Shown: piece after piece, positions 49,330-61,477 of the stretch
Position numbering within the stretch: the stretch's first letter is position 1
Layout: each line of letters opens with the position of its first letter
Assembly: GCA_028023455.1 (NCBI GenBank)
Contig: JAQFVV010000009.1
Location: 7,068,001 to 7,132,000, forward strand
Source: Epiperipatus broadwayi
Taxonomy: Eukaryota > Animalia > Onychophora
Direction: 5' to 3'
DNA: 64,000 nucleotides
The notes under the pieces: generated by a model
What the model saw: the letters and a program-made list of their open reading frames with translations, nothing else
The model's database searches: none
What the model was told of the DNA's origin: nothing
Translations under genes and position numbers: made by a program

Positions 49330-52300
49330 GATTTTATTCAGAAATCAAAGGTTAAGCACTTTCACAAAAACCCATCAAGTGGATCAAATGAAAATGTGAG
49401 AACAGACAAAGTAAAAAACTGGATAGAGATGTTTATGTTATGGTAGGGACAAATAATTTGTCAGAGCCATCAGAATAATGGGTGAGTACAAAGAATTGAT
49501 TAGTAGTTTGAGTAAGTTAAAGGAAGAGTAGGAGTAGTTGGATTACTACCAAGATTCAATAATAGGTATATGTTAGATAGATCGTTGTATAAACGAATTG
49601 AAAAAATTATGAGACAGAAATAATGTTTGTGGATAGTGGGATTTTTTTTATTAGTAAGAAGGATATACAGTAAAAATGGATTGTACTTAACAAAACAGGG
49701 AAGTGAAGCATTAGGGGGTTTTAGATGTAAGAAGTAAACAAAGAGTAGTTGATTCAGATGTAAATATAGATGTGTAAAAGGAATGCAGTCAGTAAAACTA
49801 ATGATAAACAAACTAATTATAAATATAATTGAGAAGAAAGAGTCAGAATTCATAAAAGAGCAGAAAGAAAGGATGAAGCTATAAAAATTGAATGTTGAAC
49901 ACGCAAGGTGATAGGATGCCAGAAAAGTGGCAGGAAATAAAGCAGTTAAAAAAAATGAAGGGCTAGAGATATTAGCAGTATAGGAAACACATCTAAGAGA
50001 AGAGCCTACACTGGAAGACTTGGTATGGCAGGGTATAAATAGACAAGAAAAAAGGAGTAGTGGTATAGGAGTTATATACTGTAAAGTGTCCAGAACATTT
50101 GTGGTTTGAGATAAGGTGAGGAAGACAAGAATGGATGGTGACTATAGTGTATATGGCCACTGGAGATACTCAGATTATAATGGAGTGGAACAGTAGCTAT
50201 AGAAATGCCTACTTAAGGATAGAGTTTTAAAAAAATGGGGAAGAAAATAATGGTTATAGGAGATATGAATGGGCATATTGAAGAAATTGATAATTTGGAT
50301 AACAAGAATGGACAGCTTTTGAAAAATTTTTGTCAGAGTATGAATTTGAGCATTGGAAATTTATTAAATATTTATGAGGCGAATACACATGATCTAGAAA
50401 TAATATATTTCACACAATAGATCATGTATTAGTTAGTAGAGAAAGAGGGATTAAATAAAGTACAGAAAATTAAAATGTTTGATAATGAAGAGAAAGTATG
50501 TAATAGTGATCATAATTTATAATAGAAATGGAAAATAATAAAAGTAGAAAGGATAGTAAAAGATGTGGATGGAGAATGAATGATAAGAATAAGTTAGAAT
50601 ATAAAAGTAGAAGAAACCATGGAAGAGTTTGTTGGGGATGAATATAAAGAATGGTGTGGTGAAGTAGAAAAAGTGGCAAACAGAAGAACAAAAGTAGTTG
50701 AAAAGTGAGAATTAAGTGTAAAATAGAGGGAAAAAGATTGCAGAGAATATAAATGTGCTATTAAGAACAAAGAAAGTGAAAAAGATGTTAATATTAAAAG
50801 GGAAAATTATTTAAATTAAAAAAAATTGGCTAAATAGATAATTATAGAGGGAGAATGAAATTAAACAGTAAATTATTGGAAAAATATTTGGGAATAAAAA
50901 ATTTTGGAAATATCTTAAAAGTAGGAATGTAAGGGAGAGAGAAATAGTATTTCTATATGTTGAGGAAAAAAGAGAAGCTCTAGAGAAGAATTAAAAACAA
51001 TCTTAAATAATTATGTAATGGATATAGAAAAGATATTAGATGTGAAGGACAGAGTGATAACAAGTGTAAAAGCATATATTAATGGAAATAGTAGTTTTGC
51101 GGAAAATGAATTTGAATGAGAGAGGGAGGAAATTGCGAAGTGGAAAGACAGGAACTTTAGATGGATGGGCAGCAGAGATATTGATGAAATTTGGGAAATA
51201 GGATAAAATTAAATCTATTATATTTTAATAAGATGGCACAGAAGATAGAATTTCCAGCTAGCTGGAATAATACAAGAGTAAGATTATTTTTTAAAGGAAA
51301 GGATCATAGAAAGATAAAATAATTATAAATGGATAACGGTAACGTCAGTGTTGTATAGTTTTCGTATATATGGTGGCAAAGTGAATGGAAGAAAATAATA
51401 TAGTGGGAGAAATGCAAGGAAGTTTTAGAACAGATAAGCATATGGGAGAAATGCAAGGAAGTTTTAGAACAGATAAGCATATAGGAGATAGTTTATTTGG
51501 AGTAACACAACTTATAGATATGAGTAGGAATATAGGTAGACAGTTATATATGGTCTTTATAGATAGAGAGAAGGCATATGATAGAATAAATATAAGTAGA
51601 TTATGGGGAAGTTTAGTAAATTTGGGAATGAATGAAGCTTTAGTAGATCTCATTAAGAGGTTGTATGAAAATAATTACTACATGTATCAATTGGGAAATA
51701 TAGAATCAAGAGATAAAAGGGGTGGTGGTGGTGGAACTAAGGCGAGGATGCCCTAGGCCAGATATTTTGTTTTTGTTATATTTGAGAGAAATGGAGAACA
51801 ATAGAAAGATTAGGAAGAGAGGTAGAGATACCATTAATAGATGGCAAGGGAGTGTATACATTAGCAGGTCCTTTATTTGCTAATGATATCTTGTGCACAG
51901 AAAGTAGGGAAGATATGGAAGTTATGCTAAAAATGTGTGCATGGGTGAGTAAAGAGATTGGGATTCAATTTAGTAAAAAAAAAAAATCAAAAGGAATAAT
52001 GATAATTGCTGAGGAAATAAAAGAGAGAATTTTTATAGAGGGATATAAAGTTAAATGTGGTGAATAGGTATAACTATCTGGGAATCATCTTAAGTAATCA
52101 GAGAAATTGCTTGGACGAATGGGAGAAAAAATTGATAAATGAAGCAAAGAAAACAAAGGGACTGATAAAGAAATTAAATTGTTTTTCAAATAGTAAATAT
52201 GATGTAGCAAGAATTGTATGGAAGGGAATGGCAGGGTTTAACTTATGGTAACAAAGTGTTAGAAAAGAGCCGTCACATTGCTTAGAAAAAATACAAAGAG

Positions 52301-53100
52301 AAATAGGAAGATATGCATTAGATTCAGATGTGTGGATAGCAAAGGGAAGGAATTCAAGGAGAAATGGGATGGTCCAATTTTTATATGAGAGATGCAAAAA
52401 GCAAAATGAAAATGTTTGCTAGATTGCAATTTATGGATAATAAGAGAATAGCCAAAATAGTAGGACAGGCAATAAGGGTGAGAAAGACAGTACAATATGC
52501 AGAAGATTTACATGAAAATTTTATATCGGTATACTTGTACAAAAAATTGGAGTGATTGTGTGAGGATTGGCAAAGAATGGGATAAAAGAATAGATGCATT
52601 AATAAAAAATAGCAGTTGGAGAACTAGTAGGAAGAATAAAGAGTTTAAACATATATAGAAGAAGCAGGGTGCGATTTAATTTATGATAATAGTAAGGAAA
52701 ATAGTTTACTGTTTAAGGCTCAAACAGGATAGTTAGCAATAAGGAAATATACACACAAATGGAGAGAAATGTGGATGATTTACTCTGCAAGTTGCTAATT
52801 GAATGTAAATGCTTACAAACAGAAAGAGTACAAATAATGAGGTTGTGGGAGAATAAATATAAACAAAGTGATTATACAGAAAGTGAGTTCTTGGTTTGGA
52901 AAAAGATTAGGAGGATCTAGACATAAAGGCCTTAGAATGGATAAGATAATGTGGGAATGGGATGGAGCAAGGTAGAGAAGAATACAAGAGAAACTTAGGG
53001 TGGTTAATGGAAAGGGAAGATAAAGTGGATAACAGACTTCTCTGATCATAGTGGCTGAGACATTTCTGACTTCGATAATGAGCCATAATACACTGCATAA
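49330..53100 (+). mobile_element. Near full-length decayed LINE (esterase-like ORF1, APE, RT, CCHC) in the last DNAJC3 intron, antisense
   Basis: ORF1: MVGTNNL (49440) and NGLYLTKQG (~49675). APE: ETHL, GDMNGHI, SDHN. RT: QGSFR, FIDREKAYDRI, LFANDI, YNYLGI. 3' end homologous to 487-960. Multiple stops and frameshifts. Confidence 0.9.
51404..51481 (+). repeat. 39-bp in-frame tandem duplication within the LINE RT
   Basis: tgggagaaatgcaaggaagttttagaacagataagcata twice (GEMQGSFRTDKH x2). Confidence 0.95.
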
Positions 53101-53884
53101 AAGGGATAACATCAAAAAAGCTGAAGAAAATTTTTTTTTTTGGTGTATTCTTGGGGAAAATTTTTTTTGGTTATTTTCTATTATTTAATTTTATATACTT
53201 CAAGAAATCAGGAATGAGTGCCATAAAAAATACTGAATCCCATAAAAAAATTTTAATTTTTCACTAAAATTATTTGCAATCAATATATATATATATATTG
53301 CCATTGGAACTACATAAGCAAAGTTTCAAGAAGATTGGAAATTGGGGAAATGGATGAACCAAATTGGGTTACAAGATTTTATCCAGATAGACATTTAAAA
53401 AAAGAAGAAATAAAGTGTATAAAAAATATAAAATACTTCAACAGAAGAATATAAATTATTATGAACATTTTTTCCAAATCAATTTAATTTGATTTGATAC
53501 TGAAATTGTTATTGTGTTCAATAATTTAATTTTTTTTACATGCTGGTCATCATCTCTAATGGTAAACAATATGAAATTTTTGCTATTTGAAATATGATCA
53601 CCATTAATGACATTTTTCCATATTCATAATTTTATAGTACTACCTATTTAATTAAAGTCTACATCCATTAATGGTAGAGTTATTTATTACAATTGCAGGT
53701 TTTTTCCTTTTTTATTGCTAAATATTGCTGTGATAGTATGACATATCATCTCAAATATCCAGATTTTATTTTTTTCCCTTATTCAGAAATTTAACTGAAA
53801 CTTTGCTATCCAAAAGCCAAGTCACACTTAACAGTTATTGATGTGATATAGTAATATAATACATATGCATAACAAATTATTTAC

Positions 53885-54033
53885 CTGGATCGCTTAAAAC
53901 TTCTTTAGCACTTGCAATATCAATAAACATATTTTCGGCTTTTTTCTTTTCATTTCCTTCTTGAAAATTATCTGGATGCCATTTTTGAGCTAATTTACGA
54001 TATGCCTTTAAAATTTCACGTTTTCCTGCAGTT
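53885..54033 (-). CDS. DNAJC3: DNAJC3 J-domain exon ((R)TAGKREILKAYRKLAQKWHPDNFQEGNEKKKAENMFIDIASAKEVLSDP(E))
   Basis: 149 nt, ttcacag acceptor, G|gtaaat donor, HPD motif; phases match both neighbours. Confidence 0.97.
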
Positions 54034-54927
54034 CTGTGAAATAAAAATTATGCTCTTAAATATAGAAAATTATGCAAACGAATTAGAAAAGCAATTACTT
54101 ATTTAAAAAGATTAATTTTGGAAATAATATATTAATATTAATTAGAAATATTCACATAAAAAACAATGGTGAATATTGGAAACCAAATTATTAGAACTCA
54201 TTAAAAAAATTACATGTGAATTTTATAAATAACATTTTTCGAGTCATATTAAACTATTTACATAGATATCAGCAGATTATCTCTTAAGTTATTTATCACT
54301 TTTTCTTGAAATATTTATAATTATTCCATTTATTAAGATTAACATTTTCTTATATTCTATCAATTAATTATCTTTTGTGCTAAATAACAAAAAAATATTC
54401 CGTTAATCCTATAATTTTTTCTTTATAAAATCTTTAACAAATTAAATTTAGTTAAACAAATGCTTTTCAGGGTTAATGAAATAAATAATACTTCACCTTT
54501 TTTTATGTATTTTACTGTTTCAATTCAAAGTCATGAATCCCTACTATTTCTACATTTACAACATTATTAAACCAGTTATTGTAATATCTTCGTTCCATTA
54601 TAAAAAAATTTATATTGAAATCAGCAATTCATTTAAATCTCATTCAATTCATCTAAATTTATAACTTCTTTCATTTTTACTTTCATTTAACAACAATCGT
54701 GGACTTATTTCCCAAAGAAAATGTAACTGATGGAATACTAAAATCTTTATCAGTTGTAATTGCCAATTCCTTAACAATGTTTTAATATGTTTAGAGTATA
54801 TAGTGATAGAATCATATCATTAGATAAGTATAGTAAAAATTATATTTTATCATAATAAATAAATTGCAGAATGAAAGAATATATTTGCCTATTACTTTTT
54901 AAATATATTTAAAAAGTTATTTATAAC

Positions 54928-55060
54928 CTTTTTACACCTAGGATCTTGTAATAATCTTTCTTCTGAGATTGTTTCAGGAGTTTCTGTGCCCTCTGCAAAC
55001 CTTCTCTAGCACGCTTTAAGTTTTCGTCTATATTAACAGCCCTCTGAAAATCTTCTACAG
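54928..55060 (-). CDS. DNAJC3: DNAJC3 exon ((A)VEDFQRAVNIDENLKRAREGLQRAQKLLKQSQKKDYYKILGVK(R))
   Basis: 133 nt, AG/GT boundaries, DYYKILGV J-domain start. Confidence 0.96.
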
Positions 55061-55258
55061 CTATTAAAATATATCAAATATTATAATATTACAAAATAAT
55101 AAAATATTTTGAACAATTAATACTTCAATATCAAATATAAAAAAAATCAAATGTGAATGCATTAACAAATTTCTTTAATTATTTATAAACTCAAATTTCC
55201 CATGAGTATGATCATCAGGATTGATTAATGTCAGATAAATAATAGTCAAATTCTTATA

Positions 55259-55508
55259 TATAAAGCTTGCAAAATAATCTCTTAACAAACTTTGAGAATA
55301 TCCTCAATCCCAGACCGGTTTCTGCTTCTGGCATCAGTGAGGCGCCAGGATATTCACTGACGACGCCAGAAGCAGAAACCAGTCTGGGGTTGACTATATT
55401 CTCAAAGCTTGTTAAGAGCTTATTTTGCAAGCTCTATATATAACATTTGTAAATACAAGCTTTATTAAATTAAGACATGTGACATCTGGCTTGATTTTTT
55501 TATCATTT
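55259..55508. mobile_element. 250-bp hairpin insertion with 16-bp TSD and inverted minimal hammerheads, in a DNAJC3 intron
   Basis: tagtcaaattcttata at 55243-55258 and 55509-55524; arms about 55256-55340 and 55354-55440 are complementary. Confidence 0.9.
55353..55388 (+). ncRNA. Minimal type I hammerhead; predicted cut after 55384
   Basis: TTCA-CTGACGA(55357-55363)-CGCCAGAAGCA-GAAA-CCAG-TC/TGGG. The opposite arm reads CTGATG[del]CCAGAAGCA-GAAA-CCGG-TC/TGGG with palindromic ACCGGT. Confidence 0.65.
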
Positions 55509-57329
55509 TAGTCAAATTCTTATAGAAAAAATAATGAATAATTGGAACTAGTTCCATTTTCTAAACATAGATGCTCATCTCTGGTATAACTATCACAAAG
55601 GACCAGCCCCTTCTCAAGTTACAAATAATAACATTTCATTTTGAATCCAAAAGAAAAAAAACAAAATTGTGACAAAAAAAAAAGTCTTACATTATTTTTT
55701 TTGACTTTTAATCATTATTTCACAATAAAAGAAGGGGGGAAAAACAAGATTTAATCAATTAAAAAACAAAATATTTGACTTTTTACAAAAAAAAAGTTTC
55801 TCTTTGATATAGAAAATAGTGGTTTCATCAGTGAATAATACATACAACCATCACCTATTAAACTTTCTTTACAGATGTTTCCCAACAATAATGTCCCTAA
55901 ATAATCCCAGAGATTGATCATTTGATAAACCATGATGCTTAGGATGAAATCAAACATTATAGAATACTGCTCTTTCTTTGAGCAGCCCAACAGATCTGAA
56001 ATACTTATTATATACACTTATGGACATATAATACACTTGAATAATATATTGAGCATATGTCTATTTAAAACATATATAAAATGTTATGAATTAAAAATAA
56101 TTTGCAGATAGTGATTTTATATTTGAAATCACAACCCAAATTTGAAAATAGATTGTTTTCTTTAACATAATTAAAGATGTTTTTTTAGTGAATAATTTTG
56201 TTTTATTGAAATTAAAATTGTTCTGGAGTACAATAGCTCCGCAATTTAGTCTATTTCAACTGAGTTAACTTTAGTTAAATCTTTATTTGTGTTTCCCCTC
56301 AAATATATTTACACAATGTAATCTTTATATTTTCAAATGCCACACATTATCTACATTTCATTTGTCTCTGACAATTTCTAATATTACATACAAATTTCAA
56401 ATAAAGAATTTTTTTTTTTTTTTAAATTTATAAGTTCACTCAAAATAATAACTACAAAAAAATGCATTAAAGCAGGTTTAAGTGGGGGTGGGCAGTTATT
56501 TTAGTAGTGTAAAATAATTTTAGCATACACATTGTGAGGTGATTTTATATTTTGAATTAAAAATTCTACAATTAATTTTATGCTCATATAAAAACATATA
56601 AAGATGTGATTAATGAGTAGTATCTATATAGATAAAGTTCAAATTATTTTAAAAACTAGTTTATTTTATTATATATAAAATTTTATATATATCAAAAAAT
56701 GTTTAATATTTAAAATCAAAACATAACATGATACATTTAGAAAAGATTGATATATTTTGCTGGTTATTAATCTTCATGTACGATTCAACACAAGAACTTA
56801 AATGCATTATATAGAAAACATATCTTCATTTAAGATAGTGCAGTTGTGCACTTGCATTTAACTTAAATAATAGATCCATGATATAGTGCTACATACTATA
56901 TAATAATTATAGATAATCTCCTAGTCTGTTATATTGACATAGTATTTAATATCACTGCAATTTTTAATGAAATTGTGTTAGTAGTAGAAGGTATTGCATT
57001 AATATAACTATTGTTAGCAGATTTATTATTTCAATTATATATATATAATCAGCAGACTTTGATCTCAAGATTATTTAATGCTTCCATGATCTATGATCAT
57101 TTTTTTCATTATTGCAAAGGCATTAATGTTTTTCAATGCCAGCATTAGTCCATTACAATGGTTTAGAGCATTGCTATAGTATAAGTTTTAATAATCTTAA
57201 TTATTATCTCTCAGTAATTGTAATATTCAAGTTATATATGTTTCTATTTTATAATAAAATAGAAATATTTTATTAATAATAAAATTTAAATATAATATGA
57301 AATTGATTTGTCCAACAATTATATAAAAA

Positions 57330-57560
57330 ATTGACTTTTCAGCTATCTATCAGGCCAAAGCCTTCTCCAATCCTTCAGAAGCTTTTTTTTTTTGTTTATA
57401 ATAATCTACTTTGTCATTCAGTCTCAAAAAGTAGAAGTTTTCCAAGAATTTTCTCTCTTGGCATATACTTAAGAATTGCATTAGTTCTTTCATTTGGAAT
57501 TTACAATCCAGACTATAAAAACACCTACTCTTTCTTGCATTTTTTTTTATTCAATACTTC
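57330..57560 (-). mobile_element. RTE-like LINE 3' remnant
   Basis: Minus strand NERTNAILKYMPREK...KDWRRL resembles RTE C-termini. Confidence 0.45.
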
Positions 57561-60500
57561 ATATGGACTGTAATAAAAAAAATTTAAAATTTATTGGTCC
57601 ATAGTATGCAGTCAGCTGAGAAAGACTGATCTGTATATAGTACAAATTGTAAAAAAAAAACTGAAATTCAGATTTGTCTCTAATTTATACAGAATTTTAG
57701 TAAAGTTTATAGAAAATGAATAGCAAGTTAATAGTCTACAATTTTCTATTATCAATTTTTAATATAAAGACAACATATACACAGTAGCAACCTTCTCCAT
57801 GCAATACGAAGATTATGTGATGTTAGAATGGTTTAAAGACAATATATGTCCATCAATCAATTATGGTAAATAGTTTCTTTTAAAGTATTTTGTAAACAAA
57901 AGTAATATTTTTATAATTTCACCAGCTTTAGCCACTTCACCTCAATAGACATACCGGATTTCGTATGAAAGTACAGAATCCATTTTCCTCCTAACTATTT
58001 TATAATGAAAGAATTCTTGAAAATTCTCAATCTTTTTTTTAAAGTGATACTAAATTTATCTAACTTTTGGAGCTAAAGTTAATCTGTTTTTAGCTTTACG
58101 TAAAATGTTATCATGTCAATTAATGTTTTCCAAATCTATATGTGAAGAATTTTTCAATAATTGATATATAACTGGTATTTTACTAACCTATTATTAGGTA
58201 TTTTATTATATATCATTAGTGCTCTCAAATAGTAAGTTCTTTACTTAAATCACACTCTTTTTTGAATTTGATCATGCATACTTTTGTAAAAATTAAACAA
58301 TAGAATTGTATATTTTTTAGAACAATTTAATTATTAACTTGTATAATAGCACAGTTTAATCAATTATAAATTCATTTTCTTTGATTTGAAAATTAGGCAA
58401 ACAATATATAAAGTTAATCTTCATTATATTATTTTTCTTTTGTACTTAATATGACATTTATGTAATCAAGTTTTCTTGTTTCCAAATACAACATAGATGT
58501 GTATAAATTTTTGAAGTTAATAAAATATCACTGCAATCTTAATAATAATTTGACTACCATTAAATATTGCATTTTGATTAATTTTCCAGATAATACATTA
58601 GATAAAAGTAAATTGTTTTTCATTTTTAATAATGCTATCTACAAATTTTATCAGAGGAATATTTCCAAAATATCTCACTGATTCTATTTTTATTCATTTT
58701 TAAAAACTACAAATTTATTCTCAATTTTACAATATAACCAGCAAACAAAAATGACTGCTTGCTAGTATATATTAATCTATTGACAAGTTAGTTATTCTGA
58801 GCAGTTTATAGCAAGAGAAATCAAGTATTGACTTGCCAATCAAATGGAAAAATTATTCATTAAAATTGGCTTTTGATATTAATAAGATATTTTATACAAA
58901 CTTTTTAATAAATATAATTATTTTTTTTTGTTACATTTGATCAGTTATCAGTTGAGATAAACTGCTATACTGCCCATTATTTTATATGAATGTCAAGTGT
59001 TAGAGGGCAGATTTAGCGGATATTAATACAGATCATTTAGAGAAGTTGTTTCAATTTATTTTAGTGATTTCAATTGCCTTAGAAAAAAAAAAATTACTCC
59101 ACATCTCAGAAATTGCTTGCATAAGAAATATTTCATGTAATCATAAGAGTTATTAAAAACATTTAAAGTTTTATGTGAAAACATTTTTTTACTTAAAAAA
59201 AAAAAAGTAACATGTAATCAGTTAGATATTATCTATATTAATTTCTAGTAAAAAAACTTCTTTCTGATGTTTAAATGTATCACAAAAATCATGAACTCAT
59301 TTATATTAAGGAACTCGGTATAGTAGTTTGTACAATCATCTTCAATACTACAATTAAGAACTGAATTAGTCGTAAAATCAAGAGTTAGTAAATAATTATC
59401 CAGTACTTTTACCTAGAAGGTGAACAGAAATTTAGACTTGATTAAATGTGGTGTGTAATGATTTTTTCTTCATTGTTCCTTTTTTTTTTTTGGAGGAGAG
59501 TGGCTAGTTATTAAAGATTGCTGTTTTATTAAAAAATTGATCGCCATGTCAATTCTTGATTACATTTTCCAGAAACGTTTTTGTTAATCAGTAATTACAT
59601 CCAGACAATGCTTAAGTCATATATATACAAAATCTTTATGAATTTTAATATTCTTATATTCCGATTTAGTATCTTTATAATATTCTTTTGGTTTGATTTT
59701 CTTACATTTTTGCTTTTACATTTGTGAGTTTATTTCATATGTTATCCAGTGATAATGACATTTCAATACTTTATGGTTCAAAAAGTAATGCTTCATAACC
59801 TATTCTCATATGCAAGATTACAATATCTTATGCATTTAAATGGTATAAAGAGCTTTATAATTATAACTCTGAATTTGAAATGTTAAAAAATATAGTTTTT
59901 TAGTACTTTTGGGAAAGAACTTACAAATATTTATAAGTAAAAGATATAAACAACATATTGAGAGCAAAGCTTTATTTATTAGTGCAGACAATTAGGAAGT
60001 GTTGAGCATGTTTTCGACTGGTTTTAAAAGTATTATATTTTTATAAATATTTAATAAATATATTTAAATTTTTTCCAAATCTCTGCTTTTTATTCTTACA
60101 TTTGTATTAATGTTCAATCTTATATTTTCAATGATATTTTGAGTTTTCAAAATGAACACTTGAATATAATTCTTCAGTATAATCTTAGCATAGGAATAAA
60201 TCGAAAAACTTAATTCATTTGATAAAATTATGATAAATGAAAATATTTGAAGGAATAGAAGAATAAAATAGAGGTTTTAAATCCAGTAGTATGTTATCTT
60301 TAGAAAAAAAAACTTTAGGCTGGGAATTGAAATTAATTGTAAGTGAAAATGGAACCAATTTAAATAATAATGTATTTATATTCATTTAAAACTTTCAATT
60401 CATTTGTTTTGAGTAATGATTAATAATTAGTACCAATATTTTTCTAAATAGACTTTGAAAGATGTTAATTTATATTAAACAATAAAATAGTTTTTAGTAC

Positions 60501-60727
60501 AAGAGTTTTTCTTTTACTAGTAATAAATTTATCAAAGCTGTTTGCAATAACATTGTAAACTATTTTAAATATGATTTTATTTTATTGAAAATTTTTTCTA
60601 CTTGATGGATTATTAAATTTCACTTGGTATCTTAAATTATTAAAGGAAAATTCAACAAAATCCAAAGTTTATTTAAACTAAATACTTACTAATAATTATA
60701 AAATTAAAAAAGTGAAATTCAGTGTAC

Positions 60728-60845
60728 CTTCATCAAATTGTTCATTTAGTAAGTACGCATCTGCTCTATCACAAATGCTTTCAACGGTTTCAGAATAATT
60801 TATAACTTTAGAGCAAATATTAATAGCTTCTAATACATGAAGAGC
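60728..60845 (-). CDS. DNAJC3: DNAJC3 TPR exon (ALHVLEAINICSKVINYSETVESICDRADAYLLNEQFDE(A))
   Basis: 118 nt, poly-T+AG acceptor, G|gtacac donor. Missed by the ORF track; phase 0 in and phase 1 out fit the neighbours. Confidence 0.93.
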
Positions 60846-61251
60846 CTAAAAAAAAAAAAAAAAAAAAGCTCTAAATTTTATTAGTAAATGCATAATCTGT
60901 CTATATTAATATTAAAATTTTTTCAAACATATATAATGTAGGAATTTGGTTGAAATTTATAAAAGCACACTTGTATTAAGATAAAAAAAATCTTTTCATT
61001 ATATATGTAACTATATAACATATGTGTGAATGGGTGTATTCAAAAAAGATTTTTAATAGTTTTTCAATTTAGTAATTACAGTTATACTTATATTCTTAAT
61101 AATGCTTACATATTTAAAGTAAGATTAATCTCAAAGAGCTTTAAGAATTGAAAATTTAATTGACAGAGAGAAAAAATCATTACTATTTGACAGCCAATTT
61201 TTTTTTGATTTGACAGTCTGTTAATTATAGTTTTTTAATTTTAATTGTTAC

Positions 61252-61477
61252 CTTTACTTGGCAATGGCAGACTTGTTTCTCCACCTCATTGCGAACTGCA
61301 TCTACATGAGATTCTGTTTTAAGAGCTTGCTCCGCTTTTCTCAGACAGTCTTCATATTGTTGTTGTTTTATGAATTCATTAATACTTTCTAATTGTTTAA
61401 CTAGCTTCTTTAATTTTTTATAATGACTGAAACAAGATTTATGGTCAGGATCAAGCTTCAGACATTCTCTTACTTCT
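61252..61477 (-). CDS. DNAJC3: DNAJC3 TPR exon (EVRECLKLDPDHKSCFSHYKK...VCHCQVK)
   Basis: 226 nt, ttctccctag acceptor, AAG|gtaaca donor; matches the DNAJC3 EVRECLKLDxDHKxCF motif. Upstream exons were not found in the window. Confidence 0.96.
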
